The position numbers were made by a program, and so were the translations under genes. A model generated the notes under the pieces. That model did no database searches, was not told where the DNA came from, and saw only the letters and a list, made by a program, of their open reading frames with translations. Source: a virus. From it: a stretch of DNA of 58,368 nt. Positions 15,177 through 22,933 of the stretch are shown here, piece after piece (the stretch's first letter is position 1; every line of letters starts with the position of its first letter). The stretch spans positions 1-58,368 of IMG/VR virus record IMGVR_UViG_3300033512_000032; one strand, 5' to 3'.

Positions 15177-15742
15177 ACGGTATCATAATCACCGACGGCC
15201 CTGACGCCTGCGGCAAATCAACGCTGCAGCAAGCAATTGTAGAAAAATATGGTGCAGTATCAGTCCACTTAACTTACCCTGCGCCTGAACAATATCAAAA
15301 TATGTTTGACTATCAGTTAGATGAGTTGTTAAAAGCAATTGATTTATCTGCAGAGAACTTAGTCGTTATTGACCGACACTGGATCAGTGAAATGATCTAT
15401 GCCAAGGTGTTCAGGGGTGGTAGCCCCTGGCCTCGCATGCCTTATGTCATGGATGCTTTATGTAGATTCAATGGTGTATTATATATTCTATGTATGCCTG
15501 GAACGATTGAAGCAACAGTCAAACGGCACCGTGAAAATATTGATTCTAACCACCCATACTCTGATGAGAAGTTCACTGAATTACTGCAAGAGTATAATAA
15601 TTTTTACTTGAAGACAGGGGCTGCACGGCTTGATATGTTGAGGTATACCATTGAAAGAAATGGTGATAATCTTGACCGATTTATAACGGATGCTGTAAGA
15701 CAATTGTTAAGCATCAGAAGGATGTTAGCTGCATGGAAATAA
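15173..15742 (+). CDS. Thymidylate-kinase-like dNMP kinase
   Basis: P-loop DGPDACGKST plus VIDRHWISEMIYA (the DRxxxS..Y of the TMK fold). ATGA-coupled to the MazG-like gene. Confidence 0.65.
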   Translation: MNGIIITDGPDACGKSTLQQAIVEKYGAVSVHLTYPAPEQYQNMFDYQLDELLKAIDLSAENLVVIDRHWISEMIYAKVFRGGSPWPRMPYVMDALCRFNGVLYILCMPGTIEATVKRHRENIDSNHPYSDEKFTELLQEYNNFYLKTGAARLDMLRYTIERNGDNLDRFITDAVRQLLSIRRMLAAWK

Positions 15743-16560
15743 CTGGCTATACAGCAACTGAAACATGGCTCAGTTTAATTGAGCAGATAAAGTGGTCCGG
15801 GAAGATAGTTTCTCCGCGTGGTATCCATTGTCTTGAAACTATTAATATGCATACAGTAACATGTATGCATAACCCAATTGTTACTTCAGTCGAAAGAGAT
15901 TTAGGTTACCGCTTTTTATTTGCTGAAGCGGCATGGATATTAAGTGGTGACTTTCGTGTAAAAACTATAACAGCTTATTCTAAAACAATTGCTAATTTCT
16001 CTGATGATAATGTAACGTTCTTTGGAGCGTATGGTCCAAAGATCAAAGAACAACTTGACTATGTCTGTAGTAAACTCATTGCAGATGAGGATACACGGCA
16101 AGCAGTATTAACTATATGGCGAGAGAACCCACCACAAACGAAAGATACGCCATGCACGGTAGCTGTACAGTTTATTATTCGTGATAGTAAACTACATTGT
16201 ATAGTTACAATGCGTAGTTCAGATGCATGGCTTGGTTGGCCGTATGATACGTTTAATTTCAGTATGCTTAGTTCTTTAGTAGCAATAAAGCTTAACTATA
16301 TGGCAGGTTTGAAACTAGATCTTGGCTGTATCTATATGAACCTCGGGTCGTCACATATCTACTCATCTAACTTATTAGGAGTAGAGAAATGCTTAAATAG
16401 TAAAGGTAAAACTTTAAAGGCATATCCAATGTTATATCCAATTGGTGAGTGGCAATCGCCAAATGAATTAATCCATGATCTATGGGCAATTGCTGAAAGA
16501 CGTCCTGCTGATCTTTATAGTAAATGGGGTGAGATGTTCGCCAACGAAACTTATAAGTAA
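15733..16560 (+). CDS. Thymidylate synthase superfamily enzyme, predicted deoxycytidylate C5-hydroxymethylase or methylase
   Basis: Aligns without gaps to the E. coli ThyA core: PCTVAVQF...MRSSDAWLGWPYD versus PCHAFFQF...[13 protein letters not shown]. The catalytic Cys (16153..16155) is kept. The residue 31 positions later is Asp (16246..16248) instead of Asn177. Confidence 0.75.
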   Translation: MEITGYTATETWLSLIEQIKWSGKIVSPRGIHCLETINMHTVTCMHNPIVTSVERDLGYRFLFAEAAWILSGDFRVKTITAYSKTIANFSDDNVTFFGAYGPKIKEQLDYVCSKLIADEDTRQAVLTIWRENPPQTKDTPCTVAVQFIIRDSKLHCIVTMRSSDAWLGWPYDTFNFSMLSSLVAIKLNYMAGLKLDLGCIYMNLGSSHIYSSNLLGVEKCLNSKGKTLKAYPMLYPIGEWQSPNELIHDLWAIAERRPADLYSKWGEMFANETYK

Positions 16561-16571
16561 AGGAGAGTACA

Positions 16572-17258
16572 TTGAAAGAGCAAACTGTTAAAGCAATTAA
16601 TGATATTAAACAGATGGTAGAGAATATAAGTCGTGGTGGCATTGAAGATTTAATTACATTTATTGATACTGGTTCTGACTTCTTTACTGCACCGGCTTCT
16701 ACTAGATTTCATCTTGCTTATGAAGGTGGATTAGCAGAGCATTCATGGAATGTAACTGATCTTCTTTTTAAAAAGAATGAGCAGTATGGAACTAACTATG
16801 ACTATGACACATTAGCAATTGTAGGTTTATTCCATGACCTCTGCAAAACGAATATGTATAAGTTAGTTGCTGAAGATCCTACTGATGCGCAGTTAAAGTA
16901 TCTAAGTTCTCTTTGTAAAGGCAAGGTGCCAAAAGCCCCTGGCAAATTACATAAAGCTTATGTTAGTGATCTCATCAACTTCTACGTTAAAGGTGGCAAG
17001 GAACCAGAGTACACACCTGGTAGTTATCAGATTGAGAATACTTTTCCAGTTGGCCACGGTGAGAAGTCAGTGATGCTTCTTCAAAAGTTTATTGAATTAA
17101 CTAATGAAGAAATTTATGCTATTCGTTGGCACATGTGTGCATGGGATATTAGCCCGTATGCTACTTATGACTATAATGAAGCGGTGAAGAAGTCGCGCCT
17201 TGTGACTTTAATTACAACAGCTGATATGGAAGCATCAAATATTCTGGAGGTGCTATGA
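16572..17258 (+). CDS. HD-domain phosphohydrolase
   Basis: TTG start after AAGGAGAG. Motifs RFHLAYEGGLAEHSWNV, GLFHDLCK and HGEKS. Confidence 0.7.
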   Translation: MKEQTVKAINDIKQMVENISRGGIEDLITFIDTGSDFFTAPASTRFHLAYEGGLAEHSWNVTDLLFKKNEQYGTNYDYDTLAIVGLFHDLCKTNMYKLVAEDPTDAQLKYLSSLCKGKVPKAPGKLHKAYVSDLINFYVKGGKEPEYTPGSYQIENTFPVGHGEKSVMLLQKFIELTNEEIYAIRWHMCAWDISPYATYDYNEAVKKSRLVTLITTADMEASNILEVL

Positions 17259-17512
17259 CAGACATGAAAGATGTTGAACGTAATTTGTACATAACAGGAG
17301 GGGTTCTTATTTTTCTGGCTACTATGCTTTTGATCTATGCGTTAGTAACTATTTTCCTTGGTCAGATACCAGTAGAGACTAAGTATGAACCGACTAAATA
17401 TCAACAAGAAGAAATAAAAAGGTTACATAAGAAGCATGGTGTTAGTTTATCCATTGACAACGCAGGTTACCGTTACTTTATCCGTAATGGAAAGGTTTGT
17501 GAGTTGAAATGA
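17255..17512 (+). CDS. Hypothetical single-pass membrane protein (85 aa)
   Basis: ORF that is ATGA-coupled on both sides, with the hydrophobic helix ITGGVLIFLATMLLIYALVTIFLG. Confidence 0.65.
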   Translation: MTDMKDVERNLYITGGVLIFLATMLLIYALVTIFLGQIPVETKYEPTKYQQEEIKRLHKKHGVSLSIDNAGYRYFIRNGKVCELK

Positions 17513-17952
17513 GAGTAGATGAGCACGACTATTTTATGGGTATTGCAAAGCAAGTTGCTACTAGAAGTGCTTGTGTTAGTCGGCAGGTTGGTTGTGTACT
17601 TGTAGATAAGCACAAACATATTTTAGCAACAGGGTATAATGGACCTCCAAGGGGAATTGAACATTGTCGTCAGTGCCATAGACACGAGTCTGGTCGAGAT
17701 CTTTATGAATGTAGTGCTGTCCATGCTGAAATGAATTCTTTATTGCAATGCCCAGATGTAAATAAAATAGTATCTGCTTACGTTACAATAAACCCCTGTA
17801 TGATCTGCGCAAGACTACTTGCTAACACTTCTTGCCAGACTATAGTCTTTGATGAAGTATATACCAACCAATCTTATGCTGACTTCACCAGGTTCTGGGG
17901 TCAGAGATTAGAGCGAAAAATAGTTTATCTTCGAGGTGTACTTAAGAAATAA
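17509..17952 (+). CDS. dCMP deaminase (ComEB/cytidine deaminase-like zinc enzyme)
   Basis: VHAEMN (H-A-E) and PCMICA (PCxxC) zinc-binding motifs in a 147-aa protein. Confidence 0.85.
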   Translation: MRVDEHDYFMGIAKQVATRSACVSRQVGCVLVDKHKHILATGYNGPPRGIEHCRQCHRHESGRDLYECSAVHAEMNSLLQCPDVNKIVSAYVTINPCMICARLLANTSCQTIVFDEVYTNQSYADFTRFWGQRLERKIVYLRGVLKK

Positions 17953-17965
17953 CTTGTGATATAAT
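17913..17965 (+). promoter_or_regulatory. Promoter P4 (embedded in the 3' end of the deaminase gene; drives the DNA polymerase)
   Basis: GCGAAAAATAG box, then CTTCGAGGTGTACT (-35-like at 17937..17942), a 17-nt spacer, and TGaTATAAT (17960..17965). Confidence 0.65.
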
Positions 17966-17995
17966 AACCATAGTTAAATAAACCTAGAAAGAAGA

Positions 17996-19840
17996 ATGAA
18001 TATGCTTTATCCTGATCTGAGTTCAGCTAAACTTATTTGTATCGACCTTGAAACTTATGATCCTAATTTAAAGGAAAAAGGTCCTGGGACCTTTCGCAAT
18101 GATGGTTGGATAGCTGGTATATCTATTAAACCGAATGATGGCCCATCTATATACTATTCTATTGGTCACACTGAAGGAAACCTTCCATTAAAAGTAGTTA
18201 AACAATATTGTAAAGATCAATTGAGCTCTGATATACCTAAACTCGGTGCCCGCATTTTATATGATCTTGAATGGCTGCATTGGTTAGGTGTAAAGGTCGG
18301 AGGCAAGAAGTACGATATACAAGTTGCTGAACCTTTACTCGATGAGAATCGCTTTCAGTATAACCTTGAAGATATTGCTCAGCGTCGTTTAGGTGTTGGC
18401 AAATATAAAGATACACTACTTCATGAAGCCCAAAAGATAAACCCAAAGATAAAGAAAACAAGTGACATCTTTAAGACATTATGTAAGATGCCTCCAGATA
18501 AAGTCGCAGTATATGCTTGTCAAGACACAGATCTATTAGTACCAATCTTTGAGCAACAACAAAAGGAAATGTCTGAGCAAGATCTTAATAAAGTTTTTGG
18601 AGTTGAGACAGAGTTAATTGATTTGTTACTTCAAATGCGTATTAATGGAGTAAGAGTTGATGTTGACCAAGCAGAGCAAATAAGAGAAAGGTTAATAGCA
18701 AATGAAAAAGAACTTCAAATCAACGTTGATAAGATCGCAGGACAACATGTTGACATATGGGCCGCAGAAAATATTGCAATTGCCTTTGATCGAGCAAGTA
18801 TTCCCTATCCAAAAACAGCAAAAACTAAAAAACCTTCGTTTACAGCACCGTGGCTTGAAGCACACCCTTCAGAAATAGCACAATCAATTGTGCAATTGCG
18901 TAAGATAACTAAACTGCGGAATGATTTTGTAGAGAATATGGTTCTTGGTTCTGCAATCAATGGTCGTATTCATCCGTCGTTTAATCCAGTTAAGCATGAT
19001 GAAGGTGGTACAGTATCTGGTAGGTTCTCATCTAGTAACCCTAACCTACAGCAAGTACCGTCACGAGACCCTGTCAACGGACCTCTGATCAGGGGTTTGT
19101 TCATACCTGAAGATGGTTGTCTATGGTGTAAGGGTGACTATAAACAGCAGGAGCCACGAGTAACAGTTCACTATGCTTATCTTAAAAAGTTCCTTGGTGC
19201 GGATATAGCACGGCAGAAATATATTGATAATCCAGATACTGACTACCATCAAATGGTTGCTGATATGTGTGAAATTGAAAGGCGTCCTGCGAAAGATATT
19301 AATCTTGGTCTTGCTTACGGAATGGGTGTTACTAAAATGGCCGAGAAACTAGGCAAGACAATAGAAGAAACTAAAGAGTTATATAAGAGGTACCATGCTG
19401 GTGTGCCATTTGTAAAGTTACTTGCGGATAACTGTATGCAACTTGCGACTACTCGTGGTTATATTAAAACAATTCTCGGTAGACGTAGAAGATTTGACTT
19501 ATATGGTCCACCGAAATTTAATAAAGATAAACCAATAACACCATTACCATATGATGAAGCAGTAAAAGAATTTGGTTTACCGTTGCGTAGAGCATTCACG
19601 CATAAAGCATTAAACGCTTTAATTCAAGGCACATCAGCAGATATGGTTAAGATTGCAATGGTAGATCTATATCATGCTGGCTACGTGCCACATCTTACAG
19701 TGCATGATGAAACAGACACATCAGTTGAAACTGAGAAACAGCATAATGAGATACGAGATATAATGGCCAATGCTGTTAAACTTGAAGTACCATTAGTTGT
19801 TGATATGTTTTTAGAAAAGAATTGGGGTTTATGTAAATGA
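17996..19840 (+). CDS. Family A DNA polymerase with 3'-5' exonuclease domain
   Basis: Exo I ICIDLETY and Exo III YACQDTDL. Polymerase motif A GDYKQQEPRV, motif B RRPAKDINLGLAYGMG, motif C LTVHDET. Confidence 0.92.
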   Translation: MNMLYPDLSSAKLICIDLETYDPNLKEKGPGTFRNDGWIAGISIKPNDGPSIYYSIGHTEGNLPLKVVKQYCKDQLSSDIPKLGARILYDLEWLHWLGVKVGGKKYDIQVAEPLLDENRFQYNLEDIAQRRLGVGKYKDTLLHEAQKINPKIKKTSDIFKTLCKMPPDKVAVYACQDTDLLVPIFEQQQKEMSEQDLNKVFGVETELIDLLLQMRINGVRVDVDQAEQIRERLIANEKELQINVDKIAGQHVDIWAAENIAIAFDRASIPYPKTAKTKKPSFTAPWLEAHPSEIAQSIVQLRKITKLRNDFVENMVLGSAINGRIHPSFNPVKHDEGGTVSGRFSSSNPNLQQVPSRDPVNGPLIRGLFIPEDGCLWCKGDYKQQEPRVTVHYAYLKKFLGADIARQKYIDNPDTDYHQMVADMCEIERRPAKDINLGLAYGMGVTKMAEKLGKTIEETKELYKRYHAGVPFVKLLADNCMQLATTRGYIKTILGRRRRFDLYGPPKFNKDKPITPLPYDEAVKEFGLPLRRAFTHKALNALIQGTSADMVKIAMVDLYHAGYVPHLTVHDETDTSVETEKQHNEIRDIMANAVKLEVPLVVDMFLEKNWGLCK

Positions 19841-20034
19841 TATTAGATAAAGATGGCAAATCAATTAATGACTTATCTAGCGCGCTTTTACAACGAGTAA
19901 CCGATAGTGTGCTTAAAACTTTTTCAAAAGAATCTAAATGTCCAGTAATTTTATACGACCAATTCGGTAAGCAAATAAATAAGGGTGAACCTATTAAGTT
20001 TAAAAGATATGAAAAGATTGAGGTAAATAAATGA
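19837..20034 (+). CDS. Hypothetical protein (65 aa)
   Basis: ORF with ATGA coupling on both sides. Confidence 0.6.
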   Translation: MILDKDGKSINDLSSALLQRVTDSVLKTFSKESKCPVILYDQFGKQINKGEPIKFKRYEKIEVNK

Positions 20035-20477
20035 CAGAATCAGACCTTTGGAAAATGGTTAGGCGCGCATGGGATTATGCACACCTAGTAAGAATTGAAA
20101 GTTCATCATCATTTGGTTTACCTGATATTAATGTTTGTTGTAATGGTAAAGAATTTTGGGTTGAACTTAAAGTTGCACATGGTAATTACTTTACACTGCA
20201 GCCTTCACAATTAGCATGGACTGCTAATAGATTAAAAGCAGGGGCAAAGAATTTATTCATACTGATCGGTAATGAAAAGACTAAAGGTACGTACTTATGT
20301 AAGTCAAGTGAACTATTTAGGCCTGGTGTAGTGTTGAACCATGGCTCAGTATTAAAAGCAGTTATATCTGAAATTGAATGCGTTTCATTAGATGCGATGA
20401 GCCCAAGTGGCTTTAAAAATCTTTTAAATAAAATTATGTTTACATTTGAAAATAAAGATGATATAATAAATATTTAG
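20031..20477 (+). CDS. VRR-NUC / PD-(D/E)xK nuclease-like protein
   Basis: RIESSSSFGLPDINV...EFWVELK fits the E...PD...ExK restriction-endonuclease-fold signature. Confidence 0.6.
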   Translation: MTESDLWKMVRRAWDYAHLVRIESSSSFGLPDINVCCNGKEFWVELKVAHGNYFTLQPSQLAWTANRLKAGAKNLFILIGNEKTKGTYLCKSSELFRPGVVLNHGSVLKAVISEIECVSLDAMSPSGFKNLLNKIMFTFENKDDIINI

Positions 20478-20490
20478 AAAGGAGAATGTT

Positions 20491-20814
20491 ATGGCAAAAG
20501 TATATGTAGTCCAGGAAACACTTGGCAAGAATCTATTGTCTGCTTCAGAGTATGGTGAACTTGAAGTTCTATTACCTCAAGGTCAGATTACTTTGTCACC
20601 AGGTCCTAGTATCTTTCGCCTGCGTAAGAAACTAAATGACTTCAACGATGATGACTACTTGCTTTTGATTGGTGACCCAATAGCTATTGCGTTAGCAGCA
20701 ATGGTTGCTTCGTCAATTAATCAAGGCAAAGTTAACTTTTTAAAGTGGGACAAACAGGAAAGAAAGTATTTCCCTGTTAAGTCAGACTTACACCGCAAAC
20801 TATCAGACGAATAG
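20491..20814 (+). CDS. Hypothetical protein (107 aa)
   Basis: ORF preceded by TAGAAAGGAGAATGTT. Confidence 0.7.
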   Translation: MAKVYVVQETLGKNLLSASEYGELEVLLPQGQITLSPGPSIFRLRKKLNDFNDDDYLLLIGDPIAIALAAMVASSINQGKVNFLKWDKQERKYFPVKSDLHRKLSDE

Positions 20815-20827
20815 AAAGGAGAATAAG

Positions 20828-20971
20828 ATGGCAGGGCATGTTGTAAAATTTTATGAAGAGAACAAGAGTAAGTTTCAGACTAAACGACAAGCATCAAAGT
20901 ACTTAAACCATTATGGTAAAGTCTGGAAAGAAGAGCATAACATTCCTATGTTGGACCCTAAACGAAAATAG
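20828..20971 (+). CDS. Hypothetical small basic protein (47 aa)
   Basis: Hand translation MAGHVVKFYEENKSKFQTKRQASKYLNHYGKVWKEEHNIPMLDPKRK. Flanked by two identical TAGAAAGGAGAATAAG cassettes. Confidence 0.6.
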   Translation: MAGHVVKFYEENKSKFQTKRQASKYLNHYGKVWKEEHNIPMLDPKRK

Positions 20972-20984
20972 AAAGGAGAATAAG

Positions 20985-21566
20985 ATGGCGTTAGATCAAT
21001 TAATGTTCGAAGAAGACTCAATGAGAACCCCCAACCTCAGTGGTTTAGATCGGCTAGGTCAGTTGGTTAATCGGCAACTTCAACTTGAAGCAGATATCAT
21101 GGAACTTGAAACGTATCTGTCTGAGAAAAATATTCAGTTGAAGAAAGTCGCTGAAGATGAGATACCTAATCTGTTTCAGGAACTTGGCATACAGGAGTTC
21201 AAACTGCAGGATGGTTCAAAGGTCACAGTCAAACCGTACTATGCTGCCAGTATAAGTGCAGATAAACAGGATGCTGCATTTACATGGCTACGTGAGAATG
21301 GCCTTGATGATGTGATTAAGCATAACATTACTGTTGCATATGGAAGGGGGGAAGGTAAAGAATGTGATAGGTTGAAAGCAGCATTAGCAGAACTCAATGT
21401 GAACTATGTTGAGAAAGCTGGCGTTCATCCGCAAACTTTAAAAGCACTCGTAAAAGAACAGATCGAAGTAATGAGTACTCGTCTTGAAGAAGGTGTTAAG
21501 TTTCCAATGGAACTTTTCAATGTCTTTATTGGGAATAAAACAACAGTCAAAAAACCTAAAAAATAG
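20985..21566 (+). CDS. Hypothetical coiled-coil protein (193 aa), recombination/replication module
   Basis: ORF track starts at 20913. I prefer the ATG at 20985, directly after TAGAAAGGAGAATAAG. Confidence 0.7.
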   Translation: MALDQLMFEEDSMRTPNLSGLDRLGQLVNRQLQLEADIMELETYLSEKNIQLKKVAEDEIPNLFQELGIQEFKLQDGSKVTVKPYYAASISADKQDAAFTWLRENGLDDVIKHNITVAYGRGEGKECDRLKAALAELNVNYVEKAGVHPQTLKALVKEQIEVMSTRLEEGVKFPMELFNVFIGNKTTVKKPKK

Positions 21567-21584
21567 AAAGGTGGAACATTATAT

Positions 21585-22388
21585 ATGAAGAAAGATGATA
21601 AGAAAGTAGAAGAAAAAGCAGTAGTTACAGTTGCACCGACGCAGGTACCTGCATTATCCAATGTTGATTTTGAAGGTGACGCCGGTGTCGGCTTTGAGAA
21701 TATGACAGCCAATGATATGGCAATTCCGTTCCTTGTAATTCTCCAGTCAGGTAGTCCTCAGTTGAAACGTGGTGAGTCAAAGATCGAAGGTGCAAGTGAA
21801 GGTGATATCTTCAACACAGTGACAGGGGATTTCTACAGTGGCCTCGAAGGTATCTTCGTTATCCCCTGTACCTATAAAAAATCCTATGTTGAATGGACAC
21901 CGCGTGATGCCGGCGGCGGTTTTGTTAGACAGCATGATGATGCTTCTATTATGAATGAAGCAAGTAAGGATGCAACAGGAAAAGACATTTTGCCGAATGG
22001 CCATGTTATTGTACCGACTGCATACCACTATGTTCTGATTACTGATCCGATTACCGGCGGTTACAATGAAGGTGTTATCAGTATGACGAGCACTCAGTTG
22101 AAGAAGTCTCGCAAATGGAACAGCATCATGAATGGTCTGAAGATGACTAAGAAAGATGGCACGAAGTTTACCCCGCCTATGTTCAGCCACATGTATAAGT
22201 TGACCACTGATCCTGAGTCAAATGAACTCGGAGCTTGGTCAGGTTGGCATGTTGATATTTACAGTCAGGTTCCTACACTTGAACTGTATAATGCCGCAAA
22301 GAAATTTGCCAAAGATGTACTCGCCGGTATTGTCAAAGAGTCATCTCCGCAAGTAACTGCAGTTGAGGATGATGGAGTTCCTTACTAG
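21585..22388 (+). CDS. Putative ssDNA-binding or annealing protein (267 aa)
   Basis: The acidic C-terminal tail ending in an aromatic residue (AVEDDGVPY) is typical of SSB-type partner-binding tails. The position in the replication module fits. The family was not recognised with certainty. Confidence 0.35.
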   Translation: MKKDDKKVEEKAVVTVAPTQVPALSNVDFEGDAGVGFENMTANDMAIPFLVILQSGSPQLKRGESKIEGASEGDIFNTVTGDFYSGLEGIFVIPCTYKKSYVEWTPRDAGGGFVRQHDDASIMNEASKDATGKDILPNGHVIVPTAYHYVLITDPITGGYNEGVISMTSTQLKKSRKWNSIMNGLKMTKKDGTKFTPPMFSHMYKLTTDPESNELGAWSGWHVDIYSQVPTLELYNAAKKFAKDVLAGIVKESSPQVTAVEDDGVPY

Positions 22389-22404
22389 TTAAGAAGTTGT
22401 AGTG

Positions 22405-22436
22405 AAAGGTCCGAGGTGAAATAGACTCGGACCTTT
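22405..22436 (+). terminator. Rho-independent terminator
   Basis: AAAGGTCCGAG / CTCGGACCTTT form an 11-bp stem with a 10-nt loop, followed by a T-rich run. Confidence 0.75.
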
Positions 22437-22465
22437 ATTATAAATACTTGTAAGGGGTACTCACT

Positions 22466-22933
22466 ATGCTAATGCCTGTAGAGGAACGTTTTTGGGGTAA
22501 AGTTGATAAGTCTAAAGAGTGCTGGCTATGGTTAGGCGCAACTACTGAAGGGTATGGTCAGTTTGGTATTGGTAGAAAAAATGTACATGCTCATAGGTTT
22601 GCATATGAAGTAACATATGGTAAGATACCTGAAGGTTTATTCATACTACATAAATGTGATAATCCATCTTGTGTAAGACCAGACCATTTATTTTGTGGCA
22701 CTAACCAGGAAAATATGCAAGACGCTTATGATAAAGGTCGTGGTCCTAATCATATAGCAGTTTTGCATCGTGAAAAATATTATCCTTCACAAAAAGAATT
22801 GTGGAGACAAGAGGCCCACCCATCAGTGTCATATAAAACATTTATAAAAAGACTAAAATATCAAGGGTGGTCTTTTGAAGAAGCACTATACACTCTTTCT
22901 TATTGTGGTAATAAGTTAAGGAGGACTGTATGA
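22466..22933 (+). CDS. HNH homing endonuclease
   Basis: GYGQF...HAHRFAYE...HKCDNPSCVRPDHLFCGTNQEN matches the HNH_3-type signature. It is a free-standing gene between a terminator and the primase gene. Confidence 0.85.
   Translation: MLMPVEERFWGKVDKSKECWLWLGATTEGYGQFGIGRKNVHAHRFAYEVTYGKIPEGLFILHKCDNPSCVRPDHLFCGTNQENMQDAYDKGRGPNHIAVLHREKYYPSQKELWRQEAHPSVSYKTFIKRLKYQGWSFEEALYTLSYCGNKLRRTV

Noticed and set aside
20913-20984. Upstream start of ORF 20913..21566
   Set aside because: It overlaps a separate 47-aa gene that has its own RBS. The ATG at 20985 sits directly behind an identical TAGAAAGGAGAATAAG cassette.
21777-22190. Long antisense shadow ORFs
   Set aside because: This covers 21777-22190 and similar cases at 14237-14524, 56395-56808, 57051-57461, 41401-41694 and 46680-46955. 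All are embedded opposite genes with strong motif or RBS support. Their orientation contradicts the strict two-block strand organisation.
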